A stretch of 49,084 nucleotides of DNA from an uncultured Bacilli bacterium (lineage in GTDB: Bacteria > Bacillota_I > Bacilli_A > RF39 > UBA660), in the NCBI GenBank assembly GCA_910585335.1, contig CAJUCU010000001.1, positions 107,888 through 156,971 on the forward strand, read 5' to 3'. Positions 29,695 to 38,200 of this stretch are shown here, piece after piece. Numbering within the stretch: position 1 is the stretch's first letter; each line of letters opens with the position of its first letter. The translations under genes and the position numbers were made by a program. The notes beneath the pieces were generated by a model. The model was given only the letters and a program-made list of their open reading frames with translations, was not told the DNA's origin and did not search any database.

Positions 29695-30624
29695 TCATTC
29701 TTTTTCAAATTTATCAGAAAGTTCTTTTACCTTGCGAAATCGATGATTTAATCCTGATTTAGTGATTTTTTTCCCTGTTTCTAACGAAATAATTTCACTC
29801 AATTCTTTTAGGGAGGCTTCTGGATATTTTAAACGATAATCTACAGCTTCTCTTGTTTTGTCATCCAATAGCTCTAGGGCCATATGCTCTTTTATTTTCT
29901 CTATTTGTTTTAGCTGACTACTAGCGGCATCTACTACTTTATTTATATTGGCTTGTTCACAATTATTAAGGCGGTTTGTTTGATTTTTTTTATCACGATA
30001 AATTCTAATATTCTCAAAATACATGACAGCATTCGAAGCTCCTAGTATTTTTAAATAATCGCTTATTTTTTCTGCTTCTTTCATATAAATCATATAGCCT
30101 TTATCCCGAGTTAAAATTTTCGCATTCAGATCAAAAATATTTAAGAGCTTTTGTACAAATACTGCTTCTTCTGGTCGTGATATCAAAAGTTCCATGTGGT
30201 ATCTAGACGTTTTAGGGTCATTAATACTCCCTTGGCATAAAAATACTCCTCGTAAATATGATCTAATCTCTTCATTTCCTCCAATAATATAGGAAGGCGG
30301 GGCACTGCTATAGTTTTTATTTTTATCAAGATAACCAAGATCTTCTAAAATAACTGCTAAATTCTCAATCACTTTAATAACATAAAGCTTATTTTTTGAA
30401 AAGTTCAGATTTTCTTTGGTTTCAATTTCTACTTTTGTTTCATATAATTTGTTCAAAATCTCAAAAAGGCGATCTTTAATCTCTTTATTTTCCGTTGTTA
30501 GTCTTAGCGTATTTTCTTCTATTTCACCATTATTTCTTACAAAGCCAGAAAGTTCTGCAATTAACTCTCTTTTTGAGCCTTCTATGTTTAAAATTTCATT
30601 TTTAATTTTTGTAGTATACGACAT
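29695..30624 (-). CDS. whiA: DNA-binding protein WhiA
   Basis: 309 aa starting MSYTTKIKNEIL. It has the length and layout of a LAGLIDADG-like domain plus a C-terminal HTH, and lies immediately downstream of yvcK as in Firmicutes. Confidence 0.85.
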   Translation of the reverse strand: MSYTTKIKNEILNIEGSKRELIAELSGFVRNNGEIEENTLRLTTENKEIKDRLFEILNKLYETKVEIETKENLNFSKNKLYVIKVIENLAVILEDLGYLDKNKNYSSAPPSYIIGGNEEIRSYLRGVFLCQGSINDPKTSRYHMELLISRPEEAVFVQKLLNIFDLNAKILTRDKGYMIYMKEAEKISDYLKILGASNAVMYFENIRIYRDKKNQTNRLNNCEQANINKVVDAASSQLKQIEKIKEHMALELLDDKTREAVDYRLKYPEASLKELSEIISLETGKKITKSGLNHRFRKVKELSDKFEKE

Positions 30625-30625
30625 T

Positions 30626-31579
30626 TTAATCCCTCATTAAATAAGAAAATATTTCACTAGATAATTTCAAACTGTTGTGTCGTATTACATTGTCCACAAC
30701 ACTTAATGTATCAATTGCTATTAATTCTACGTTTAACTTATCTAGTTCTTCTTTATCAATTATTACTGGCTCTTTTGTCTCTTCAGTTTCATACTTTTCT
30801 ATTATTTTCTTATCTATCTTTGTATTTCCGGCAATTACGACATCTATTTTTCGCATTTTTAAGTAACTATTAATCAATTTGACATGATCTGCTACTGTAA
30901 AATTATCTGTTTCGCCTGGTTGAGTCATCGCATTACATAAATACATAATTGGTGATGAAGTATTTTCTAAGGCATTTTTTACATCTTTACAAATAATATT
31001 GGGTAATAGACTTGTATATAAACTTCCCATACAAAAAATAATTAAATCACTATTTTTTATAGCAGCGATTACTTCTGGTGTGACATTGGGTTCTTCTTTA
31101 TAAAAGATTTTCTTTATTTTCTGAGGTGATTCACTAATTTCTTGTTCGCCTTCGATTAATTCATCTTTTTCAGTCGTGCACATTAATGTTAGAGCAGCAT
31201 CTTCTGAAATTGGTAGTACTTTGTGTTTTACATCTAGCAATTTAGATAGGGTTGTGATAGAGGCATCTAAGCTTCCCGTAATATCTAGAAGTGCTGTTAG
31301 AATTAGATTTCCAACCGCATGACCATCTAAGTCACTCGATGTCTTGAAGCGATACTCCATTAATTTCTTTACAGTCGGGTCAGTGCTAGAAAGACTGGTT
31401 ATTACTTTCCTAATATCTCCTACAGCAGGAGTTTTAAATTCCTTACGTAGTTTCCCTGTTGATCTTCCATTATCTGATACCGTAATTACGGCTGTAATAT
31501 CTAGTGGGAAATTTTTCAATCCTTTTAACAAATAGGACATTCCTGTCCCTCCGCCTAATATGATTACTTTTTTATTCAT
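30626..31579 (-). CDS. yvcK: YvcK/CofD-family gluconeogenesis (cell-shape) factor
   Basis: MNKKVIILGGGTGMSYLLKGLK... The ATG at 31579 follows GAGGAAGTG, and the track start at 31588 is a GTG. Confidence 0.88.
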   Translation of the reverse strand: MNKKVIILGGGTGMSYLLKGLKNFPLDITAVITVSDNGRSTGKLRKEFKTPAVGDIRKVITSLSSTDPTVKKLMEYRFKTSSDLDGHAVGNLILTALLDITGSLDASITTLSKLLDVKHKVLPISEDAALTLMCTTEKDELIEGEQEISESPQKIKKIFYKEEPNVTPEVIAAIKNSDLIIFCMGSLYTSLLPNIICKDVKNALENTSSPIMYLCNAMTQPGETDNFTVADHVKLINSYLKMRKIDVVIAGNTKIDKKIIEKYETEETKEPVIIDKEELDKLNVELIAIDTLSVVDNVIRHNSLKLSSEIFSYLMRD

Positions 31580-31623
31580 TGCTTTCACTTCCTCTATCTA
31601 ATATATGCGTTCATTATTCATTA

Positions 31624-32541
31624 TTAATCATTTAATGCTTTGGATAAGTGAATCGCTGCAATTGCTCCGTCTGATGTTGCCGTTACTATCTGACAAACTT
31701 CTTTTTCTCTTACATCTCCTACGGCATAAACTCCTTTTACTGTCGTTTCCATATTGGCATTCGTTGGAATAAAACCTTGTTCGTTCCTAATACCTAAATA
31801 TGAGAAATAATCTGTTTGTGGAATATAACCAATAAAGATAAAACAGCCTGAGGCTTTGATATTTTCCACTCGATTTTCTTTGTTAATTCTTACATGTGAT
31901 AGTTTTCCATCTGTTTCTATTAACTCTGTTACATTGGCATTTGTTATTATTTCTATGTTATCAATATATCTAAGTTCTTCTTGTAGATATGACTTTGCTC
32001 TAAACTCATCACGGCGATGAATTAATGTTACTTTTTTACAAAGTGAGGATAAATAAATTGCTTCTTCTAAAGCTGTATCTCCGCCACCAATTACTACCAC
32101 TTCTTCGCCTTTAAATAAGGCACCATCACAAGTAGCACAGTAACTAACTCCTCGTCCTGCTAATTTTTCTTCGTTTGGTAACCCTAGTTTTTTAGGATTA
32201 CGTCCAGTTGCAATAATCACGTTTTTTGTTACAATTTCTTTTTGGTCATCTAATGTGATAATTTTCATATCTTGATCTAGTTTCACATTTTCTACTTTTT
32301 GATAGAGTATGTCTACACCTAGTTCTTTTACTTGTGACAGAACTTTTGTTGCAAGTTCTGCTCCTGTGATACTTTTAAAACCTGGATAGTTAGTAATGGT
32401 TATTGTTTTTGTCACTTGACCTCCAGGTGTTTCTCCTTCTATTAGCAAACAGTTAAGACCTGCTCGTTTTAAATAAATAGCAGAAGTCATTCCTGCTACT
32501 CCTGCCCCTATTACTACAACATCATAATTATTCTCTTTCAT
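31624..32541 (-). CDS. trxB: Thioredoxin-disulfide reductase
   Basis: GAGVAGMT FAD motif, redox-active CATCDG, and GGGDTALEEA NADPH motif. The ATG at 32541 follows AAAGGA and overlaps the lgt 3' end by 14 nt. Confidence 0.93.
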   Translation of the reverse strand: MKENNYDVVVIGAGVAGMTSAIYLKRAGLNCLLIEGETPGGQVTKTITITNYPGFKSITGAELATKVLSQVKELGVDILYQKVENVKLDQDMKIITLDDQKEIVTKNVIIATGRNPKKLGLPNEEKLAGRGVSYCATCDGALFKGEEVVVIGGGDTALEEAIYLSSLCKKVTLIHRRDEFRAKSYLQEELRYIDNIEIITNANVTELIETDGKLSHVRINKENRVENIKASGCFIFIGYIPQTDYFSYLGIRNEQGFIPTNANMETTVKGVYAVGDVREKEVCQIVTATSDGAIAAIHLSKALND

Positions 32542-33340
32542 TTTGCTCATCCTTTGCATATAAATTTTCAAATCTTGGACTTCTTTTAGGGTGGATTATA
32601 AAGAAATATAGACCAATCAGTAGACAAATGATAGATGCAATTTGTGCTACTTTAAAGTTTCCAAGCATTAAGGAGTCCATGCGCATTCCTTCAATGACAA
32701 AGCGTGCTGCCGAATACCAAATTAGATAAAATCCCATCAACTGTCCATTTTTTAGCCTTGGATATTTTCTTATTAAGAGTAAGGCTACAAAGCCAAATAA
32801 ATTCCAAATAGATTCGTAAAAAAATGTAGGTTGATGATAGTCTCCCATGATATACATTCCATTTATAACAAACTGAGGTACTCCAGCACTTTGGAGTTTT
32901 GCCACTGTGGTCACAGCACCATATGCCTCTTGATTAAAGAAGTTTCCCCATCTTCCTATTGCCTGCCCTATCATTAATCCTACTACAATCATGTCAAATA
33001 TTTTTAAAGTATTTTGTTTATACTTTTTGCAATAAATTAATGCTGTAATTCCTCCAAAGAGTATCCCCCCATGGATGGCGAGTCCTCCATTCCATACTTC
33101 TAGAATTTCTAATGGATTTTTACTGTAATAATCTAGATGAAAGGTAACATAATAGATTCTTGCTCCGATAATACCAAATATTACAGTATAGAAAAGCAGG
33201 TTGATAAAGAAGTCTTGATTGATATGTTTTTTCTTTGTTTCCAAATATATCACTACGGATGCGCCTAATATGGCCAAAAGAATAAAAATGGAATACCAAT
33301 ATATTTGAAAGAAACCTAAGTCTAGTGCTATTCTACTCAT
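32528..33340 (-). CDS. lgt: Prolipoprotein diacylglyceryl transferase
   Basis: 270-aa polytopic ORF with GGLAIHGG and GRWGNFFNQEAYG motifs. Confidence 0.93.
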   Translation of the reverse strand: MSRIALDLGFFQIYWYSIFILLAILGASVVIYLETKKKHINQDFFINLLFYTVIFGIIGARIYYVTFHLDYYSKNPLEILEVWNGGLAIHGGILFGGITALIYCKKYKQNTLKIFDMIVVGLMIGQAIGRWGNFFNQEAYGAVTTVAKLQSAGVPQFVINGMYIMGDYHQPTFFYESIWNLFGFVALLLIRKYPRLKNGQLMGFYLIWYSAARFVIEGMRMDSLMLGNFKVAQIASIICLLIGLYFFIIHPKRSPRFENLYAKDEQNERE

Positions 33341-33762
33341 ACTTTTTTTACCCTCCTAACAATTGGTTTGATTATAAATCCTTCCATAAGAAAGTTCATA
33401 ATAGAAATGAGGATGGCAATCCATAGTGCTATCCAAAAATTATTTAGGTCAAAATGACTTCCTAATATCCAATCCGTTAATTTCAATATAAATAAATTGA
33501 TGAATGGATAGAAAAGGCCTAAAGTAAGTCCTGTAATCGGAATCGTTAGTGTCACTAGGATTGGTTTTATCGTAATGTTTAGCAAATAAACAATGAAGAC
33601 TACTAAAAATGAGTAAATATAGGAGTGTTCTATATCAATATAGAGGCTATCAAATAGATTCGACACTATAATGAAAACAATCGTATAGCCTAGCATATAG
33701 ATAATCCACTCTAACAGGCGATTTACTCGTGTAAAGCCTTTTACTTCCCTGATTATTTGCAT
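33337..33762 (-). CDS. YvlD-like phage-holin-4_2 family membrane protein
   Basis: 141 aa with 4 TM segments and the family motif NITIKPILVTLTIPITGLTLGLFYPFINLFILKLT. Confidence 0.75.
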   Translation of the reverse strand: MQIIREVKGFTRVNRLLEWIIYMLGYTIVFIIVSNLFDSLYIDIEHSYIYSFLVVFIVYLLNITIKPILVTLTIPITGLTLGLFYPFINLFILKLTDWILGSHFDLNNFWIALWIAILISIMNFLMEGFIIKPIVRRVKKV

Positions 33763-33773
33763 ATTTTTCCTCC

Positions 33774-36551
33774 TTACAGAATTTTTGTCAAGAATTTTCC
33801 AGTGTATGATTCTTTTACTTTTGCCACTTCTTCTGGAGTTCCGATTGCCACAATTTGTCCTCCCATATCGCCACCTTCAGGTCCTAAATCAATAATATGG
33901 TCGGCTACTTTTATAACATCTAGATTGTGTTCAATAACGACTACGGTATCTTTATTATCTACTATTTTTTGTAAAATTGCAAGTAGGCGCTTAATGTCAT
34001 GAGTATGAAGTCCCGTCGTTGGTTCATCTAAGACGAATAATGTTTTTCCAGTTGCTTTTCTTTGTAATTCTTTGGCAAGTTTTACTCGTTCTGCCTCTCC
34101 ACCTGATAGTGTTGGAGCGCTTTGGCCTAGTTTGATATAGCCTAAACCGACCTCTTCTAACACTTGTAGTTTGTTCTTGATTTTTGGAACATTCTCGAAA
34201 AATTCTAAAGCTTCGCTAACGCGCATATCTAGTACATCAGCGATATTTTTATCCTTATATTTTATGTTTAGTGTTTCTCGATTATATCTCGTACCATTAC
34301 AAACTTCACAAGGGACATATACATCTGGTAAAAAGTGCATTTCAATTTTTTTGACACCATCTCCACGACAAGCTTCACATCTTCCACCTTTTACATTAAA
34401 AGAAAAACGATTTTTTTCGTAACCATACATTTTCGCTTCTTTCGTCGTCGTAAATAAAGTTCTAATATCGTCAAATACCCCTGTATAAGTAGCGGGGTTA
34501 CTGCGTGGCGTTCTTCCAATTGGACTTTGAGAGATTTCTACTATTTTGTCTAGATTATTTATTCCTAATATTTTTTTATGTTTTCCTGGTTTTTCTTTAG
34601 AATGATATAACTCTTTTGAAATACTCTTACATAAAATTTGGTTTATTAAACTACTTTTTCCACTTCCACTGACTCCAGTTATACAAGTAAATGTTCCAAG
34701 AGGGATAGCAACATCAATATTTTTTAAATTGTTTTCTTCGGCACCTTTGATGGTTAATTTTTTGCCAATGCCTTTTCTTCTTGTTTTTGGAAGTTCAATA
34801 CATAATTTCCCACTCAAATACTGTCCTGTTAGGCTTTTTTCGTTTTGCATTACTTCTTCTGGCGTTCCCATCGCCATGACACATCCTCCTCTATCGCCTG
34901 CTTCTGGACCGATATCTACTAGATAATCACTCGCAAGCATCGTATCCGTATCATGTTCTACAACCACTAAAGTATTTCCTAAATCTCTCATCTCTAACAA
35001 GGAATTGATTAGACGTTCATTATCCCTTTGATGAAGTCCGATACTAGGTTCATCTAATACATAGAGAACACCAGTTAATCTAGAACCAATTTGTGTAGCC
35101 AGACGAATTCGTTGAGCTTCTCCACCCGATAATGTTCCAGCGCTTCTACTTAGTGTTAAATACTCTAAACCAACATTTTTCAAAAATTCAAGGCGTGAGT
35201 TAATCTCTTTTAAAACTAGTGAAGCAATTTGCTTTTGTTCTTCTGAGAGATGTAGGTTTTGAAAGAAAGGAATTAATTCCTTAATACTCATACAAGTTAC
35301 TTCATAAATATTTTTTTCTCCTACTCTAACCGATAGAACATTATCATTTAATCTTGCTCCATGACAAGTCTCACATTCATACTCTACCATATAGCGTTCT
35401 AACCAGTCTCTAATCCAAGTACTTGTTGTCTCACGATAGCGCCTTTCTAGGTTCGTGATAATTCCTTCATAAAAATCATTACTATTTGTGATATTCCCAC
35501 TTTTAGTTGCATAGTGAAAATGGATTATTTCATCACTACCATATAAAATAATTTCTTGTTCTCTGTTAGTTAGTTTTTTGAATGGTTTATCCATATTGAT
35601 TTTGTAATGCTTACAAGCGCACTCTAATTTTTTAAAGTAAATACCATCTTGGTCATCGCTTAATGTTTTAATACAACCTTCATTGATACTTAAATCTTTG
35701 TCTGGTATTACCAAATCTTTGTCAATTTGTTGCTTTATTCCTAGTCCTTTACAATCTGGACAAGCCCCAAATGGTGCGTTGAAACTAAAGATATTTGGCT
35801 CTAGTTCTGGTAGTGAAAACTCACAGTATGGACAAGCGAATGATTCGGAGAATAATAGTTCTTTGGCTTCTTCTCCTAGTATTTGAATCAATACTTTTCC
35901 ATGACGTCCTCTAATGTCTTCTTTTAAAACAATTCTATCTACTACTACATCAATATTTTCACGTTTATTTTTATCTAAGGTAATCTCTTCGCTTAAGTCT
36001 ATCATTTCTCCATTAATGCGGACGCGAATATAACCTTCTTTTCTAAGATTATCGAGTAACTCCTTATGTGTTCCTTTTTCACGATAGGCAACAGGAGCCA
36101 TAATGATGATTTTGGTTCCTTCTTTATATTCTAAAATTTTATTCGCCATTTCTTCTACACTTTGAGATGTGATTGGAATATTGTGATTTTTACAATAAGC
36201 CGTTCCAACACGAGCGAATAACAATCTTAAATAATCATAAATTTCTGTTACTGTACCAACAGTAGAGCGAGGGTTTTTACTAGTTGTTTTTTGATCAATA
36301 CTAATCGCTGGGGATAATCCTTCAATACTATCCACATCTGGCTTTTCTGTTCCTCCTAAAAACTGACGGGCATAAGCAGAGAGACTTTCTACATATCTTC
36401 TTTGTCCTTCTGCATAAATCGTATCAAAAGCAAGAGAACTTTTTCCACTTCCACTGACCCCTGTCATTACAATTAATTTATTTTTAGGCAATTCTAGTGA
36501 AACATTTTTTAAATTGTTCTCCCTAGCACCTTTGATTATAATTTTATCCAT
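33774..36551 (-). CDS. uvrA: Excinuclease ABC subunit A
   Basis: Two ABC modules (GVSGSGKSS occurs twice, LSGGEAQRIRLA / LSGGEAERVKLA) and zinc modules CPYC..CPDC and CEAC..CEVC. The ATG at 36551 (MDKIIIKGARENNL) is preferred over the track start at 36569. Confidence 0.95.
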   Translation of the reverse strand: MDKIIIKGARENNLKNVSLELPKNKLIVMTGVSGSGKSSLAFDTIYAEGQRRYVESLSAYARQFLGGTEKPDVDSIEGLSPAISIDQKTTSKNPRSTVGTVTEIYDYLRLLFARVGTAYCKNHNIPITSQSVEEMANKILEYKEGTKIIIMAPVAYREKGTHKELLDNLRKEGYIRVRINGEMIDLSEEITLDKNKRENIDVVVDRIVLKEDIRGRHGKVLIQILGEEAKELLFSESFACPYCEFSLPELEPNIFSFNAPFGACPDCKGLGIKQQIDKDLVIPDKDLSINEGCIKTLSDDQDGIYFKKLECACKHYKINMDKPFKKLTNREQEIILYGSDEIIHFHYATKSGNITNSNDFYEGIITNLERRYRETTSTWIRDWLERYMVEYECETCHGARLNDNVLSVRVGEKNIYEVTCMSIKELIPFFQNLHLSEEQKQIASLVLKEINSRLEFLKNVGLEYLTLSRSAGTLSGGEAQRIRLATQIGSRLTGVLYVLDEPSIGLHQRDNERLINSLLEMRDLGNTLVVVEHDTDTMLASDYLVDIGPEAGDRGGCVMAMGTPEEVMQNEKSLTGQYLSGKLCIELPKTRRKGIGKKLTIKGAEENNLKNIDVAIPLGTFTCITGVSGSGKSSLINQILCKSISKELYHSKEKPGKHKKILGINNLDKIVEISQSPIGRTPRSNPATYTGVFDDIRTLFTTTKEAKMYGYEKNRFSFNVKGGRCEACRGDGVKKIEMHFLPDVYVPCEVCNGTRYNRETLNIKYKDKNIADVLDMRVSEALEFFENVPKIKNKLQVLEEVGLGYIKLGQSAPTLSGGEAERVKLAKELQRKATGKTLFVLDEPTTGLHTHDIKRLLAILQKIVDNKDTVVVIEHNLDVIKVADHIIDLGPEGGDMGGQIVAIGTPEEVAKVKESYTGKFLTKIL

Positions 36552-36569
36552 AAACTTCACCTGTGTCAT

Positions 36570-36578
36570 ATTATAGCA
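36570..36578 (-). promoter_or_regulatory. Extended -10 element (TGCTATAAT) just upstream of uvrA
   Basis: The minus strand reads TGCTATAAT at 36578-36570, about 8 nt before the AGGTGA SD. I see no good -35, and the leader would be very short. Confidence 0.35.
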
Positions 36579-36634
36579 CTTTCTTTTTATTTTGTCTTTA
36601 GAAGATTTCGGAAAACCAGGTTTATTTTCGCAAT

Positions 36635-36669
36635 AAAAAAATTCTATCTTTTCGGTTTTGTGGATAGAA
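36635..36669 (-). terminator. Intrinsic terminator closing the RSH/amidoligase-like operon
   Basis: On the minus strand, TTCTATC (36669-63), a 14-nt loop, GATAGAA (36648-42), then TTTTTTT (36641-35). The stem overlaps the TAG stop of the 312-aa ORF. Confidence 0.5.
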
Positions 36670-37570
36670 CCTTTTCATACTGAGTCATAAAATCATTGGT
36701 ATCTTCACTGCTGGTTGCAATTGTGGTTACAAGACTTTCCAATCTTTTATAGTGCTCTTCTTCACTTCGATAATCATACCAATATTGATCCATTTCTAAC
36801 TCTTGATTGATTTCTCCTGTTAATCTTTCTAGATCGAACTTTTCTTCTTCTATGGCATCTACCAGTTTTAAAGAAAAATTAATATTGTTTTGGATTGTTT
36901 TCTTATTTAATGTTCCATTAGGATATCTAATTTCCATTCGACCATTTATTCTATAATCTTGAAGACTAATGCCATCTCTTCTTACAAAAGTAGCACGGTT
37001 ACGATATAGTAAATCATACAAATAATCCTTATTTTCTCTAAAATCTATTTTATTTACTTTTCCAATTAAGTCTACTCGGATTGGGCGAGCATAAGTGTAT
37101 CTTTCTTTTCTCTGTCCATACCTATCTCCCATATAGAAATCTTCCATTTCCCCTTCATAGACTGCAACTACTTTCGAAAGTGTTTCCATAAAAAGGGCTT
37201 TTTTTGTTATGGGTGTTAAGTTAATGTTTATTTGATTGCTACATCTCTCATTCACACTTGCCCCATTTTCTATCAATTGATTGCATATTTCTTCTATTTC
37301 CATCCAGTCTATTTCTTTATTTTGATAAAGTCTAGTGGAAACTTCTCCTCCAACTATTTCATTTCCTATTTGAGAAGATACTGTTCCATCTGTATCAAGG
37401 TAGTTTTTATTGTAGATCGTATCACTACCTTTATGGTCGAAAACGAGTGCGATTGGAATGGTTGTCTTTTTAAATTCTTGTTCTAATTGCTGTAGTGAGG
37501 CATTTATAAATTCTACTTCTGTTCCATATGGATATTTATTTAAGCCAATATCATATCTATATCTTCCCAT
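36644..37570 (-). CDS. Amidoligase_2-like (glutamine-synthetase-fold) protein, divergent
   Basis: The ordered motifs YGTEVEF, LDTDGTV, GGEVSTRLY, GASVNERCSNQININL and GRMEIRYPNGTLN match my memory of the PF12224 pattern (GvEiEf..DgS..gElvSp..cGlHvHv..iEfR..gTl). Start is ATG 37570 (after GAGGGGGA) or ATG 37582. Confidence 0.45.
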   Translation of the reverse strand: MGRYRYDIGLNKYPYGTEVEFINASLQQLEQEFKKTTIPIALVFDHKGSDTIYNKNYLDTDGTVSSQIGNEIVGGEVSTRLYQNKEIDWMEIEEICNQLIENGASVNERCSNQININLTPITKKALFMETLSKVVAVYEGEMEDFYMGDRYGQRKERYTYARPIRVDLIGKVNKIDFRENKDYLYDLLYRNRATFVRRDGISLQDYRINGRMEIRYPNGTLNKKTIQNNINFSLKLVDAIEEEKFDLERLTGEINQELEMDQYWYDYRSEEEHYKRLESLVTTIATSSEDTNDFMTQYEKVLSTKPKR

Positions 37571-37619
37571 AATCCCCCTCATTTCTATTACTGATGTTAC
37601 TTTATTATATTAAAATGAT

Positions 37620-38171
37620 TTATTTTTTTAAGACAAGACACTTTCTCATATTTTCTATTTGCAGATTCGCATAAGGAAAATTCTTTGTTGCTACTAATTC
37701 TGTTCTTTGTTCTACTTCGCCATAAAATTCTTCTAGCACTTGAAAGTCATCTACTCTCTCACATACTTTTTTGTTTGTTAATAAACTTTTGTTAGACGCT
37801 GCTGCTTCCGAAAAACTTTTCATAGATTTATATCTATCACTTGCTTGTTCTCTTCTTTGAAAACTTAACATATTATCTACCCATACTATTTTTAAATCCG
37901 TATGTAATATCGTCATCCATTCTAAAAATTCTAATGATTTCTCATCTATTTGCGTATTTTCTTCTGTTATCTTTCTTAAAATGGTTTGAGCTTTCTTTTT
38001 TTGCAATTGATACCAACTTGCCATATAGGTTCCATCCGAAAAACAAAAGGATGAACTTTTAGGTAAATAATCCTTGTGTGCAATCGCATTTTTATAATAC
38101 TCTGCTCTTTTTTCACAATCTAAATCATGTTCGCTTGTTTCTGCTATTTTCAGTGTTTTTGTAGTATTCAT
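37620..38171 (-). CDS. Hypothetical 183-aa protein
   Basis: The ATG at 38171 follows GAAGGGGGAG with a 6-nt spacing, whereas the track ATG at 38189 lacks an SD. No confident domain. There is a weak resemblance to helicase-associated (HA) helical repeats around FSDGTYMASWYQLQKKK. Confidence 0.55.
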   Translation of the reverse strand: MNTTKTLKIAETSEHDLDCEKRAEYYKNAIAHKDYLPKSSSFCFSDGTYMASWYQLQKKKAQTILRKITEENTQIDEKSLEFLEWMTILHTDLKIVWVDNMLSFQRREQASDRYKSMKSFSEAAASNKSLLTNKKVCERVDDFQVLEEFYGEVEQRTELVATKNFPYANLQIENMRKCLVLKK

Positions 38172-38200
38172 CGCATGCTCCCCCTTCATGAAGGAGTATT

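Noticed and set aside
37620-38189. The 183/189-aa ORF as the detached C-terminal (ACT/zinc-finger) half of the truncated Rel homologue
   Set aside because: The sequence shows no ACT/RRM-like or Cys-rich zinc-finger pattern. It also has its own strong SD after a clean stop, so this does not look like a simple frameshift split.
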